Virus record (IMG/VR): IMGVR_UViG_3300032332_000044
Coordinates: 1 to 35,498 of that record
Direction: 5' to 3' (one strand)
Source: a virus
Lineage: Duplodnaviria; Caudoviricetes
DNA: 35,498 bases
How positions within the stretch are numbered: the stretch's first letter is position 1; each line of letters starts with the position of its first letter. Position numbers and translations under genes: made by a program. Under the pieces are notes generated by a model that ran no database searches, was not told the origin of the DNA, and saw only the letters and a list, made by a program, of their open reading frames with translations. This document shows, one piece after another, positions 1 to 8,138 of the stretch.

Positions 1-123
1 CCCAAATGCGCTCACGCTGCGCGTTGACCTTCCTGCGGAACTCGGCATCCACCAAGTCGATCACTCGGTCTATCCCGTAAACACGTTCATGGTCCATCTT
101 CGCTGTTTCCATATCCACCATGA
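1..123. repeat. Terminal direct repeat, left copy (circular assembly overlap)
   Basis: 1-123 (cccaaatgcg...caccatga) is identical to 35376-35498 and lies inside one ORF that reads through the junction. Confidence 0.95.
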
Positions 124-193
124 GCGAATGCTGAAATACCTTGAACGGGTCAGACGGGAACTCATCCCTATCCGTAAGTTTCTTCATAGCCAT
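1..193 (-). CDS. 5' part of the junction-spanning hypothetical protein (continues as 34921..35498; ~215 aa in total)
   Basis: ATG at 193 preceded by AGGAG; MAMKKLTDRDEFPSDPFKVFQHSL joins in frame to MVDMETAK. Confidence 0.85.
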   Translation of the reverse strand, partial: MAMKKLTDRDEFPSDPFKVFQHSLMVDMETAKMDHERVYGIDRVIDLVDAEFRRKVNAQRERIW

Positions 194-204
194 CCTCAAC
201 TCCT

Positions 205-426
205 AATCTAGTCAACTTCACCATAACAACTTTCCGAGGTAGTCAACCTAGTTAACTTACTTCTTGCATTAAGCAAGAAGTTGTAAGTTGACTAGGTTTT
301 TACCTATTCCTGTGCAACTTGCAGCATAGGCAACTGCCTATATTTCACTGAGTTGCCTATATATTCCCAACGTAAGTACATAGGCAACTGCCTATATTTT
401 CATAGTCAACTTAGCAAGTTGCCTAT
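205..426. promoter_or_regulatory. Putative replication origin (iteron-like repeats plus long hairpin)
   Basis: AT-rich intergenic DNA directly downstream of the primase-helicase; 21-bp direct repeat at 325-345 and 379-399; ATAGGCAACT four times in alternating orientation; TAGTCAAC repeats; imperfect inverted repeat 245-298. Confidence 0.6.
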
Positions 427-2519
427 CAAACTGATGCCACAAATGGCTCATCTTTATCACCATCGCGGTAGATCACCCAGCAGTAATTCGCCACATCCGT
501 CTCGTGATACCCGACCAGCTTCTTGGCAAACATAGCCTTCTTACCACGGTAGAAGTCGCTGTCGATTGATTTGCTGTCACCCTTCAACTTGGCAAATTCC
601 TCCTTCCACTCGGACACCGACACCGTCTTATGGCGCTCCTCACCGACGTTTGTCATATGCCCATTCTTCTTTATAGCGTCGTGGATAGCGTCTAATGCCG
701 CCTGCTGGTTTTCCTGCAACTTGCGTGGCTTGGCCTGGCGCTCGACTGCCTGCTGCTGCATCTCCTGCTTGAGCGCCTCGTCACTAGCCCTGACCGCCAG
801 GCTAATCTGGGCGTCGCTGATGCCTAGTGCGCTGGCCTTGATCTCCACCTTCACCATTTCAAAGCCAATCTTCAGCCCGTCCTGGCCATCCTTCTGCTTG
901 CTGATCGTGAGGATTCCTGACCCCGCTATCGGGCTGGACGGGTTGGGTGTTGTGTCAATCTTCAGCAGTTCCAGCTGAGTGTCGACTGCGCCTAGCAGGC
1001 TTGAGTGTCCCCGCAATCCCTTGGTTGCATCCTTACCCGAGTGATGCAACACCATCATGGCGCATCCCAACATCCGCTGAATCCGTCCCGCGTTATGGAT
1101 AAACGCTCCCATGTCCTCTGAGTTGTTCTCGTTGCCACCGCCAAATGCCCTGGCTAAAGTGTCAATCTGCACCAGTTCAAACTGGACGCCTGACTTCTCC
1201 ATCAGGTCCTTGATAGAGGCGACAAGCAGATCGAAGTCCTCGGCGCTCGATCTCATGTTGATGGCTGCCCTGATGACGTAGATTTCTGCTCCCGCTTGCG
1301 TGCGGTTGTGCATCTTGCAGGCTTTGATCCTGGCTCCGATGCCGCCAAAGCCTTCGCCGGCAATGTACAGGACTGCGCCGGCCGCTTGCACCTCCCGCCC
1401 CATCCACGGCCTGCCCGTAGCCACCGCCTCCGCAATGTCCAACGCAACGAATGACTTGTATGAGCCTGGCGGCCCGTACAAGGCGCAAAACGCTTTCTTC
1501 GGTAGGACGTTGTCTATCAGCCACTCAACCGGCTCGTCCTCAATGTCATCCCAAGCCTCGATGTTGAGCAATTGCCGCGGGACCAGGATTGGCACGTCCG
1601 TGCTAATTTCTGGCTCAGTTATACCGAAGTTATCTGGTTCTACAGTAACTTCGGTATAACTAGGCTGTATCCACTCTGGCGTATGCACTTGGCTGATGTC
1701 GGTGATGACTGGTAATGCCTTGGCGAGTTCTGCCAGCTTGGCCCGATCCCCGCCATCCGCTACCCACTCGTAGGCATCATCCCCGAGTTCCGGTAAGTTG
1801 AAGTCGAGGACTCTGACCGCCTTGGCTACTGGCAGCAGCGCCTGCACTACCCGCTTGGCGTACTTCCAACCTGGCGCGTCGCAGTCTGGGATTACGATTA
1901 CCACCGCGTTGGTGAAGTATTGGGTAATGTCTTCCGGCCAGTGGCTTGCACCAGCGTGCGAGGTAGTAGCAATGGCTCCTATGCTGACCAGGGCATCCGC
2001 TGCCTTCTCACCCTCCACCAGGTAAATGGCTCTGCCAGATTCCCTAGCATTGATGAGTTCCGGTAACCTGTAAGGTACTATCCGCGCACCTGTCATTGTT
2101 CCCAGGCGTCTGCCTGCGGCATCCACCTTGTGGAGGCTGTACGTCTTACCTTTTTCAGAATTTACTTTGAACCGGCGCTTTACGAATAGGGTTTCGCCTT
2201 GCTCGTCCTTGTACTCCCACTCCTGCTCCAACTGCGGCATAGTCATCAATTCACCTTTGATAAGCGCGAGACTGTACTCTTGGCGCTGGAGTGCTGGCAA
2301 TAGGTTGCGTTCCCTGACAGCGTCAAATACCGAGTGCTGGTCGCAGCCACCGTGGCAATGGAACAGCAGCTTGCCATTGTCTTCCTTGATAGAGAGACTC
2401 GGGTTCTTGTCCCCGTTGCCGCGTCCGTGGCCAGCTACAGGGCAACTCGCCAGCCAGTTGCCGTTCACTTGCTTAGCATTGCCAAGGGCTTTGGCTATGT
2501 GTTCTGTTGAGTCTTGCAT
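426..2519 (-). CDS. Primase-helicase fusion (Zn-binding + TOPRIM + RepA/AAA_25-type helicase)
   Basis: CPVAGH..CHGGC Zn motif; VEGEKAAD and PDCD TOPRIM; Walker A GPPGSYKS; Walker B VQIDT; HHSGKD..RGHSSL. Start set at ATG 2519 (GAGG upstream). Confidence 0.9.
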   Translation of the reverse strand: MQDSTEHIAKALGNAKQVNGNWLASCPVAGHGRGNGDKNPSLSIKEDNGKLLFHCHGGCDQHSVFDAVRERNLLPALQRQEYSLALIKGELMTMPQLEQEWEYKDEQGETLFVKRRFKVNSEKGKTYSLHKVDAAGRRLGTMTGARIVPYRLPELINARESGRAIYLVEGEKAADALVSIGAIATTSHAGASHWPEDITQYFTNAVVIVIPDCDAPGWKYAKRVVQALLPVAKAVRVLDFNLPELGDDAYEWVADGGDRAKLAELAKALPVITDISQVHTPEWIQPSYTEVTVEPDNFGITEPEISTDVPILVPRQLLNIEAWDDIEDEPVEWLIDNVLPKKAFCALYGPPGSYKSFVALDIAEAVATGRPWMGREVQAAGAVLYIAGEGFGGIGARIKACKMHNRTQAGAEIYVIRAAINMRSSAEDFDLLVASIKDLMEKSGVQFELVQIDTLARAFGGGNENNSEDMGAFIHNAGRIQRMLGCAMMVLHHSGKDATKGLRGHSSLLGAVDTQLELLKIDTTPNPSSPIAGSGILTISKQKDGQDGLKIGFEMVKVEIKASALGISDAQISLAVRASDEALKQEMQQQAVERQAKPRKLQENQQAALDAIHDAIKKNGHMTNVGEERHKTVSVSEWKEEFAKLKGDSKSIDSDFYRGKKAMFAKKLVGYHETDVANYCWVIYRDGDKDEPFVASV

Positions 2520-3733
2520 ATCGCGTCCACCTCTTGAATTCTTTTGCCAATCCATGCCATCACAGGCACTGCCATTGAGTTGCCCAGCGCCTTGTACCTT
2601 GGCCCGTCAGGGGTTGCCTTGCCCTTTGGCTGGATGTCGGTGTAGTTGTCGCCAAAGCCTTGGAGACGTTCGCATTCCACTGGAGTCAGGCGGCGTACTG
2701 CCATTGCTTGCATCAATGTAATTGGCACATTGCCACCGCCAGCGCCATAAGTAGCTGATACCGTTGTACATACATCTCCTAATTCCCGCACCCTACTGTC
2801 TTGGCTGTGCAATTCATATACGGGTTGCGCCACCGCATGGCTGTTTGTTTTGGTGATTGTGAACATGGCCTCACCTTGTTCACCTATGCCGCACCCCGTA
2901 CTCGCGTCAGCGTTTGGGCTTCTAAAGCAATTCATGGTGTTTAACGGGATTGGCTGCGCTACAAACAATCCGCACTCATTACCATCTGGGCCTCCGCTAC
3001 CTTTAGCCCATTTGCTTGTCACGGTGTCGGAAGTGTTTGGGTCAGAGCCGCCGTAGATCGGCATCAGATGCCCTTGTGCTGCATCCTGCACACTTATGAT
3101 TTGTCCTGTTCGGGCGCACAGGCTACCGACTGAAGTGCTTGCGCTAGTGCTGGCGGTAGGTCTTTTCCCCTTTTCTCGGCTCGGCGCAGGATGCCCTTGC
3201 AAGCTGTGGCGCTCAAAAAGAACCGCTGCGGCAGGTCGCCAGTCTCCAAGGTATCCGACAACGAACACACGTTTGCGTCGCTGTGCCACTCCGAAATATT
3301 GAGCGTCAAGCACCCTGTATGCGAACCCATACCCGAGGATTGCCAGCCCTCCGAGGAGGGAACCAAAGTCCCGTCCATCAGCGGAGGACAAAACGCCGGG
3401 GACGTTCTCCCAGACCAGCCAGTTGGGGCGATATCGTTTAGCAATGGCAAGATAGGTAAGCATGAGGTTGCCACGCGGTTCATCCAGTCCTTTTCTGAGT
3501 CCTGCGACTGAGAATGATTGGCATGGTGTTCCTCCAACGAAAACATTGACATCTGCATCAGGCCACTCCTTAAATTTTGTCATGTCGCCCAAGTTAGGCA
3601 CGTCTGGGTAATGATGCTGTAACACCTTGCAAGGGAACGGTTCAATCTCCGAATACGCCACCGATTCCCAGCCCAATGGATGCCAGGCGACACTTGCCGC
3701 CTCAATCCCACTGCAAACTGATAGAAATTTCAT
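2495..3733 (-). CDS. DNA (cytosine-5)-methyltransferase
   Basis: Motif I variant SVCSGIEA, IV GGTPCQSFS, VI ENVPG, VIII QRRKRVF, IX RRLTPVECERLQGF, X RYKALGNS. Confidence 0.95.
   Translation of the reverse strand: MKFLSVCSGIEAASVAWHPLGWESVAYSEIEPFPCKVLQHHYPDVPNLGDMTKFKEWPDADVNVFVGGTPCQSFSVAGLRKGLDEPRGNLMLTYLAIAKRYRPNWLVWENVPGVLSSADGRDFGSLLGGLAILGYGFAYRVLDAQYFGVAQRRKRVFVVGYLGDWRPAAAVLFERHSLQGHPAPSREKGKRPTASTSASTSVGSLCARTGQIISVQDAAQGHLMPIYGGSDPNTSDTVTSKWAKGSGGPDGNECGLFVAQPIPLNTMNCFRSPNADASTGCGIGEQGEAMFTITKTNSHAVAQPVYELHSQDSRVRELGDVCTTVSATYGAGGGNVPITLMQAMAVRRLTPVECERLQGFGDNYTDIQPKGKATPDGPRYKALGNSMAVPVMAWIGKRIQEVDAICKTQQNT
3094..3558 (-). CDS. Nested alternative-frame ORF within the methyltransferase, resembling the M.EcoHK31I beta polypeptide
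   Basis: 154 aa in the +1 frame; AAGGAG 7 nt before the ATG; motifs WQSSGM, CSLSDTLETG, FLSATACKGILRRAEKRGK. Confidence 0.7.
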   Translation of the reverse strand: MQMSMFSLEEHHANHSQSQDSEKDWMNRVATSCLPILPLLNDIAPTGWSGRTSPAFCPPLMDGTLVPSSEGWQSSGMGSHTGCLTLNISEWHSDANVCSLSDTLETGDLPQRFFLSATACKGILRRAEKRGKDLPPALAQALQSVACAPEQDKS

Positions 3734-3752
3734 ACTTGTACTTTTTTAGAGG

Positions 3753-3784
3753 AAAAAAAAGCCGGTGGAGATCAACCCACCGGC
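3753..3784 (-). terminator. Rho-independent terminator downstream of the SSB-like gene
   Basis: Minus strand GCCGGTGG-gttgatct-CCACCGGC followed by T8. Confidence 0.85.
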
Positions 3785-3798
3785 CACCAGATTACTGG

Positions 3799-4371
3799 TT
3801 AGAAAAACTCTTCGTCATCCATCACTGGCGCAGGCGCTGGCTTGGCCGCCTTGCGTACAGGTGCTGGCTCCGGCTCAAACTCGTCACCACCATCCGCATT
3901 CATCCCAGCAGGACGCGCAACCCAACTGACTAACTTGAAGTTTGGAACTCGCGTGTTGCCCTTACCAACCTTCTCGGCGGTGCTGTTGACGTACTCGATG
4001 ACCGGCAGCTTGCCACCGTTATCGCCGGCAGCCTTATCGCACTCGTTATAGATCTTCTCGAATCCTTTACAAGGCCCATACGCATTTGCCGACCAATCGA
4101 CCAGGCCGAGTTCCTTTGAATACAGAGTCACAACAAAGCCCCTCTTGTACCCTTCCCCAGGTGATTGGCTCTTAGCGCCCAGCACCTCATCAGGCTGCCA
4201 ATCGCGTACACCAGCACCAATCATCAACCAGCCGGTCTGAACCGAGTCCAGGTCCATAACCACCTTCTTGAGTTGGATTTCCTCACCGTCTCGGTTCGTC
4301 CAGGCGTTAGCCTGGGGTGCGAATCGGATGTAAGAGTTTCCTGATCCATTGTTGTTTGAAAGATTTAGCAT
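3799..4371 (-). CDS. Putative single-stranded DNA-binding/annealing protein
   Basis: Lies between nuclease and methyltransferase/primase; Pro/Ala linker and acidic-aromatic tail DDEEFF as in SSBs. Confidence 0.55.
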   Translation of the reverse strand: MLNLSNNNGSGNSYIRFAPQANAWTNRDGEEIQLKKVVMDLDSVQTGWLMIGAGVRDWQPDEVLGAKSQSPGEGYKRGFVVTLYSKELGLVDWSANAYGPCKGFEKIYNECDKAAGDNGGKLPVIEYVNSTAEKVGKGNTRVPNFKLVSWVARPAGMNADGGDEFEPEPAPVRKAAKPAPAPVMDDEEFF

Positions 4372-4405
4372 TTTCAGTTCCTAAGTAACGGGCTTGCGCC
4401 CAATG

Positions 4406-5461
4406 TTAGATGTCGGAGGATTCCAACATCTTTGCCAGAGTCAGTCCACTTGAGACCTTCTCTGTCAAATCGTCGAGCAGATGCCGGTCATCTTTGCTCA
4501 GTAATTTCTCAGCTTGCGCTGGCGTTATCGGTTCGCTCTTGTACAGCTTGGCAGTCTCAATCGGCAATTTGCTGATGTCAACATCTGCCTTCCACTTGCG
4601 GATAGCGCGTTTCGGAACTAAGTTCCATCCTGGCACTGCAGCGCCATCATCCAGGCGCTTGGTCGCCACCTTCTTCAGTTCCTCGTAGAAAGCCTCCACC
4701 AGTTCACCCTGCTCTAGCCAGGTGGCAATCTCCAGATCGCTAAGTTCCTTGGTAGGCGCCAATGGCAACTCGTAAGCCTTCTCCCGCAAGGCTGGGCAGT
4801 GTAGCTTGGCAGGGCAATACTTGCAGGCATCGCGTGATGGCGTTGGGTAGGCGTTGCCATAGCTGATAGATTCAATTGCCTTCATCAAATCCTTGCTGCG
4901 CCACTCGTTCAGTTCGGCTAGCGTCATCTCATGGGTGCGGTTAGCGCCGATCTGGGGCTGGACAATAGTCAGCCTGATGGTCTGGAAGTCGCCCAATTCA
5001 CGCATCATGGCAAGTGCATATATTTTTAACTGTGCGGAGTCAGCGTCAACGTAGTTGCGGCCGGTCTTAAGATCCACGATCTCGATGATGGAGTCCTTGA
5101 CGTTGTACCCAACAACGTCGCACGTCCCAGCCAAAGAGATCTGCATGGTGTTTAGCACCGTCCCGTGTTGCTCTACCAGGACCCGCCCGAGGTCAGTCTC
5201 GAGGCGCTTGATCGTGTCCAGGTGTAGCTGCGCAAACTCAGCGTTCTGCTCGGTTATGACGATCTGCTCAACCATCTTGTTTATGTAGTTCTTTGGGTCA
5301 TCCTCTGTCTGCCAGCACAGCTCGGCCAGCGCGTGAATAGCTGTCCCGATTTGCGCAGCCTCACCGGACGGCGACTCAGGAATGCCGACTGACAGGTGGA
5401 CACTGGCCGGACATGCCATCCAGCGTGCGGCCGCACTCGGCCTTAGTTTGATACGTTCCAT
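4406..5461 (-). CDS. PD-(D/E)XK Cas4-like exonuclease (DUF2800-like)
   Basis: PSAAARWMACPAS, GTAIH, GTCD..IVDLKTG, QLKIYA, CKYCPAKLHC. Confidence 0.85.
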   Translation of the reverse strand: MERIKLRPSAAARWMACPASVHLSVGIPESPSGEAAQIGTAIHALAELCWQTEDDPKNYINKMVEQIVITEQNAEFAQLHLDTIKRLETDLGRVLVEQHGTVLNTMQISLAGTCDVVGYNVKDSIIEIVDLKTGRNYVDADSAQLKIYALAMMRELGDFQTIRLTIVQPQIGANRTHEMTLAELNEWRSKDLMKAIESISYGNAYPTPSRDACKYCPAKLHCPALREKAYELPLAPTKELSDLEIATWLEQGELVEAFYEELKKVATKRLDDGAAVPGWNLVPKRAIRKWKADVDISKLPIETAKLYKSEPITPAQAEKLLSKDDRHLLDDLTEKVSSGLTLAKMLESSDI

Positions 5462-5664
5462 TTTTCTCTCTCTCTTTCGTGGTCGTTTGAAATGATTGCG
5501 TAAGCCTGTTTGCGTACTTCATTGGTGACCGCGTGACCCAGGTCATCAGGGTCCAGCAGGCGCTTGAGTAGCACAGTCTTATCGCGTGATGATTCGCGCT
5601 CCTTCTCTAGCTGAGTGCCAAGCCAGATGATGTGTTCGCGCATGGTGCGCAGTTGGTCAAGCAT
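5443..5664 (-). CDS. Hypothetical protein
   Basis: 73-aa ORF overlapping both operon neighbours. Confidence 0.7.
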   Translation of the reverse strand: MLDQLRTMREHIIWLGTQLEKERESSRDKTVLLKRLLDPDDLGHAVTNEVRKQAYAIISNDHEREREKWNVSN

Positions 5665-6136
5665 TTTTTGTGATGTACCAGTAGGCGATCAGGGCCGCAT
5701 CTGCGCGGCCATCGTCCTTCGCACGCTTGAACAGTTCGGCTTTGCTTGGGAACAGTTCCATAGCCCTCATGCGAGACGCATCCTTGCCCGCTGCGCGGCC
5801 TACATCCTTCGTCCAGATGACGGGGGTAACATAGGTATGTGGTATCTGCAAAGCGGCCACAACGCCCTCTATGATGCCTGCGCTGCGCCCAAAGTTGAAC
5901 ATACTCGACACGCCCTGACCAGGCATAGCACCCACCCTCTCAATTACGACGTGAGAGTCAAGAAAGCAAACCAAGATAACACGTAACCCTGACGCGCTGA
6001 TATGCCGCTTCTTCGTTTTTCCTGAGTCCACTTCAAGAGTAGGCATGTCAATGACTTCCAGCAGGTTCTGAGTCTCCCAACTAAACACACTGATGGCTCC
6101 GCTGATGCCTGGGTCGATGCCGATGACGAAACTCAT
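5657..6136 (-). CDS. RuvC-like Holliday junction resolvase
   Basis: IGIDPG, VVIE, GVSSMFNFG, DGRADAALIA; ATG 6136 with AAGGAG. Confidence 0.88.
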   Translation of the reverse strand: MSFVIGIDPGISGAISVFSWETQNLLEVIDMPTLEVDSGKTKKRHISASGLRVILVCFLDSHVVIERVGAMPGQGVSSMFNFGRSAGIIEGVVAALQIPHTYVTPVIWTKDVGRAAGKDASRMRAMELFPSKAELFKRAKDDGRADAALIAYWYITKNA

Positions 6137-6363
6137 GCTGCACGCTCCTTCTGCAGCGCAAGCAGCCTGGCTTCCACCAGGGCATCGCAAGCCTCCTGCA
6201 GATTGACAACTGCCGAGTACAGTGGAACGACCTTGCCGGTGGACCAGCGGCTCACCTGGGCCTTGTCAATGCCTGCCGCGTATGCGACATCGCTCAAAGT
6301 GAAACCGGACCGTTCCGCTTTCTCGCGGATGGCTCTGATTGCTTGTTGTGTAGTGGATTCCAT
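6133..6363 (-). CDS. Cro/XRE-like HTH regulator
   Basis: TLSDVAYAAGIDKAQVSRWSTG HTH; first gene of the leftward operon; AGGAG upstream of ATG 6363. Confidence 0.8.
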   Translation of the reverse strand: MESTTQQAIRAIREKAERSGFTLSDVAYAAGIDKAQVSRWSTGKVVPLYSAVVNLQEACDALVEARLLALQKERAA

Positions 6364-6494
6364 GATGGTATTGTCAACTCCTAGATGACTGATTCTATGC
6401 TGAAATGTGTAGGTGTTTTCCCTACCCCATTTCGCAACTGCTGTTGTCGTCATGTATGAGATGATTACTTCGTCATCAACAACAGGAGAACGTA
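6364..6494. promoter_or_regulatory. Divergent promoter/operator region
   Basis: Intergenic DNA between divergent operons; palindrome GTAGG-tgttttc-CCTAC at 6409-6425; GATGA..TCATC inverted repeat near 6460-6477; TAGAAT on the minus strand. Confidence 0.55.
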
Positions 6495-6794
6495 ATGAAA
6501 CTCACAGACTACCAGCGCAGCCAGCTAAAGGCTGCCGCAGTCTTCGGAGGTGACCAGATCGATAAGGTCGCCGCCTCCCTGCAACGCGAGAACCCAGAAG
6601 CCTTTTTGCGCGAATCGGAACTGCACCAGCGCAACTTCTTCCATGAGCCAATGTCGTACAGGTCACCCGTACCTCACCGGTCCTATGTTCAGCGCCTGGT
6701 GGTTCGCCGCCGTGAGCAGGACAATGAGCGCGATCAGGTGATGGCGCAGAACCACTACTTGACATACACCCACCAGATCGGAGTCGGAGCATGA
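6495..6794 (+). CDS. Hypothetical early protein
   Basis: AGGAG RBS; ATGA overlap with the next ORF. Confidence 0.8.
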   Translation: MKLTDYQRSQLKAAAVFGGDQIDKVAASLQRENPEAFLRESELHQRNFFHEPMSYRSPVPHRSYVQRLVVRRREQDNERDQVMAQNHYLTYTHQIGVGA

Positions 6795-6877
6795 AACAAG
6801 CTATGTATGACGCGCTGCTATCTGCAGCAATCCTCGCCGCACTAGCCTATGTAACTATTCAATGGTGGTTTGCATGA
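6791..6877 (+). CDS. Small membrane peptide (28 aa)
   Basis: MKQAMYDALLSAAILAALAYVTIQWWFA; ATGA-coupled on both sides; below the ORF-track cutoff. Confidence 0.65.
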   Translation: MKQAMYDALLSAAILAALAYVTIQWWFA

Positions 6878-7083
6878 GCGCAATGACTAAAGAAGAGTTT
6901 AAGACCCGCTGGGAGTCCAACATCAACGCAGGTGGTATCAACTACGACGACATAGCGGATTGCGCCCTGGCATGGAAGTTATTCTCACTACCAAAGACAT
7001 GCCGCGTTGATGTTGTCCGCTACCAAGTACTGAAAGCAGCAGGGACTGTTGACGCTGAAGAATTCACACCTGATGAGGAATAA
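6874..7083 (+). CDS. Hypothetical protein
   Basis: MSAMTKEEFKTRW...; ATGA-coupled start. Confidence 0.7.
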   Translation: MSAMTKEEFKTRWESNINAGGINYDDIADCALAWKLFSLPKTCRVDVVRYQVLKAAGTVDAEEFTPDEE

Positions 7084-7087
7084 AAAA

Positions 7088-7336
7088 ATGATGAACCCAC
7101 TAGAAATAGAAATCAAGCGCACCGTGTTTGCGCACCTTCCCGCCGTCGGAGACTTTGGCATCCTGTCACGCGGTGACCTGGCTACGGTCCTGCACACCGC
7201 CTGCACTGAGGCTGCCCTGGCAGGCTGGGCGCGTGGCGCTGAGACCGCGCAGAAACGTCTGGATCAGGAGATGGAGATCCTGCGCCAGGAGTTGAAGTCC
7301 ATACAGACTGAACTGGCGTATGCCAAAGCCAATTAG
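7088..7336 (+). CDS. Hypothetical coiled-coil protein
   Basis: GAGG RBS upstream; C-terminal heptads. Confidence 0.7.
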   Translation: MMNPLEIEIKRTVFAHLPAVGDFGILSRGDLATVLHTACTEAALAGWARGAETAQKRLDQEMEILRQELKSIQTELAYAKAN

Positions 7337-7445
7337 CCTGATCGTGCTGGCGCTCTGCGCCATGCTGTTTGTGTTTGATTCACCGGAGTACAAATCATGG
7401 ATGACAATGAGATTGAGTCCTGGGCAAGCATTGCCCTCGGCCTAA
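7320..7445 (+). CDS. Possible small hydrophobic protein (41 aa)
   Basis: MPKPISLIVLALCAMLFVFD...; fills the gap in the operon. Confidence 0.4.
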   Translation: MPKPISLIVLALCAMLFVFDSPEYKSWMTMRLSPGQALPSA

Positions 7446-7573
7446 TAGCCAGCGTGTTCTTCTTCATTGGCCTGATGGCTGTTGTAGCCGCAGTCTGCAT
7501 GGCCTGGGGATACTACAGCTATGAGCCTATCTGCGGCAGCATTGCCGCCTTATTTACCCAGGAGTGCAAGTGA
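7397..7573 (+). CDS. Small membrane protein (58 aa)
   Basis: GGAG RBS; long hydrophobic stretch; TGATG coupling to the next gene. Confidence 0.7.
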   Translation: MDDNEIESWASIALGLIASVFFFIGLMAVVAAVCMAWGYYSYEPICGSIAALFTQECK

Positions 7574-7959
7574 TGACCGGATTTAATTCAAAGCGTGACG
7601 CGGCTGCTGACAAAGATGCGTTGTTTGAGAAATTTGAAGTGGCACAGCCAGCACAGGATGTTGATTACTGGATTCGTGAAGCTACGGCAGCGCGGCAAGC
7701 AGAGATGGCAATGCGCCGTGAACTTGAGGCACAGCCAGCGCAGGAGCCTGTGGCGACAGTTACAAGTGAAACAGGAAACCCAGACGTAACAATGTCTTGG
7801 TGGCATGAACCCGCACTACCTGTAGGCACAAAACTTTACATCACCCCACTAAAGCGCGAATGGGTAGGGCTGACGGATGAAGACATCGTGAGTTGTTCTG
7901 ACTCACAGCGCTCGGCAGTAATTTATTTTGCCAAGAAACTCAAGGAGAAGAACACATGA
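7573..7959 (+). CDS. Hypothetical protein with AQPAQ repeats
   Basis: AQPAQ twice and REWVGLTDEDI...LKEKNT tail, typical of variable phage early genes. Confidence 0.8.
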   Translation: MTGFNSKRDAAADKDALFEKFEVAQPAQDVDYWIREATAARQAEMAMRRELEAQPAQEPVATVTSETGNPDVTMSWWHEPALPVGTKLYITPLKREWVGLTDEDIVSCSDSQRSAVIYFAKKLKEKNT

Positions 7960-8138
7960 GCAAACGTGACTTAGCATTGGATAGCCTGATGCGCATCTGC
8001 GAGATACAGCAGCGCCTAATTAACCAACTGATTGCTATGGAACAGAACATTTATGCCCGTGGGTATGAGGATGGGATGGCGGCGCAGGCCGAGGTAGACA
8101 TAGCTCTAAACGAAATTGCGTCTGGCGAGTCAAAATGA
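7956..8138 (+). CDS. Hypothetical protein
   Basis: AGGAG RBS, ATGA overlaps. Confidence 0.75.
   Translation: MSKRDLALDSLMRICEIQQRLINQLIAMEQNIYARGYEDGMAAQAEVDIALNEIASGESK

Noticed and set aside
1-123. 123-bp terminal repeat as a biological DTR or att site
   Set aside because: It falls mid-gene and the ORF reads through, which fits an assembly overlap of a circular or permuted genome
205-426. Repeats as a mini-CRISPR array
   Set aside because: Only two 21-bp copies, with sub-motifs in both orientations and no regular unique spacers
353-535. 60-aa plus-strand ORF
   Set aside because: TTG start inside the repeat array and antisense to the helicase 3' end
4406-5461. Cas4 as evidence of a CRISPR-Cas system
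   Set aside because: Stand-alone phage PD-(D/E)XK nuclease; no other cas genes or array
6420-7869. Genome-wide KOPS polarity toward the dif-like site
   Set aside because: The few GGGNAGGG copies noticed (6420 minus, 7862 plus) are too few and not consistently oriented
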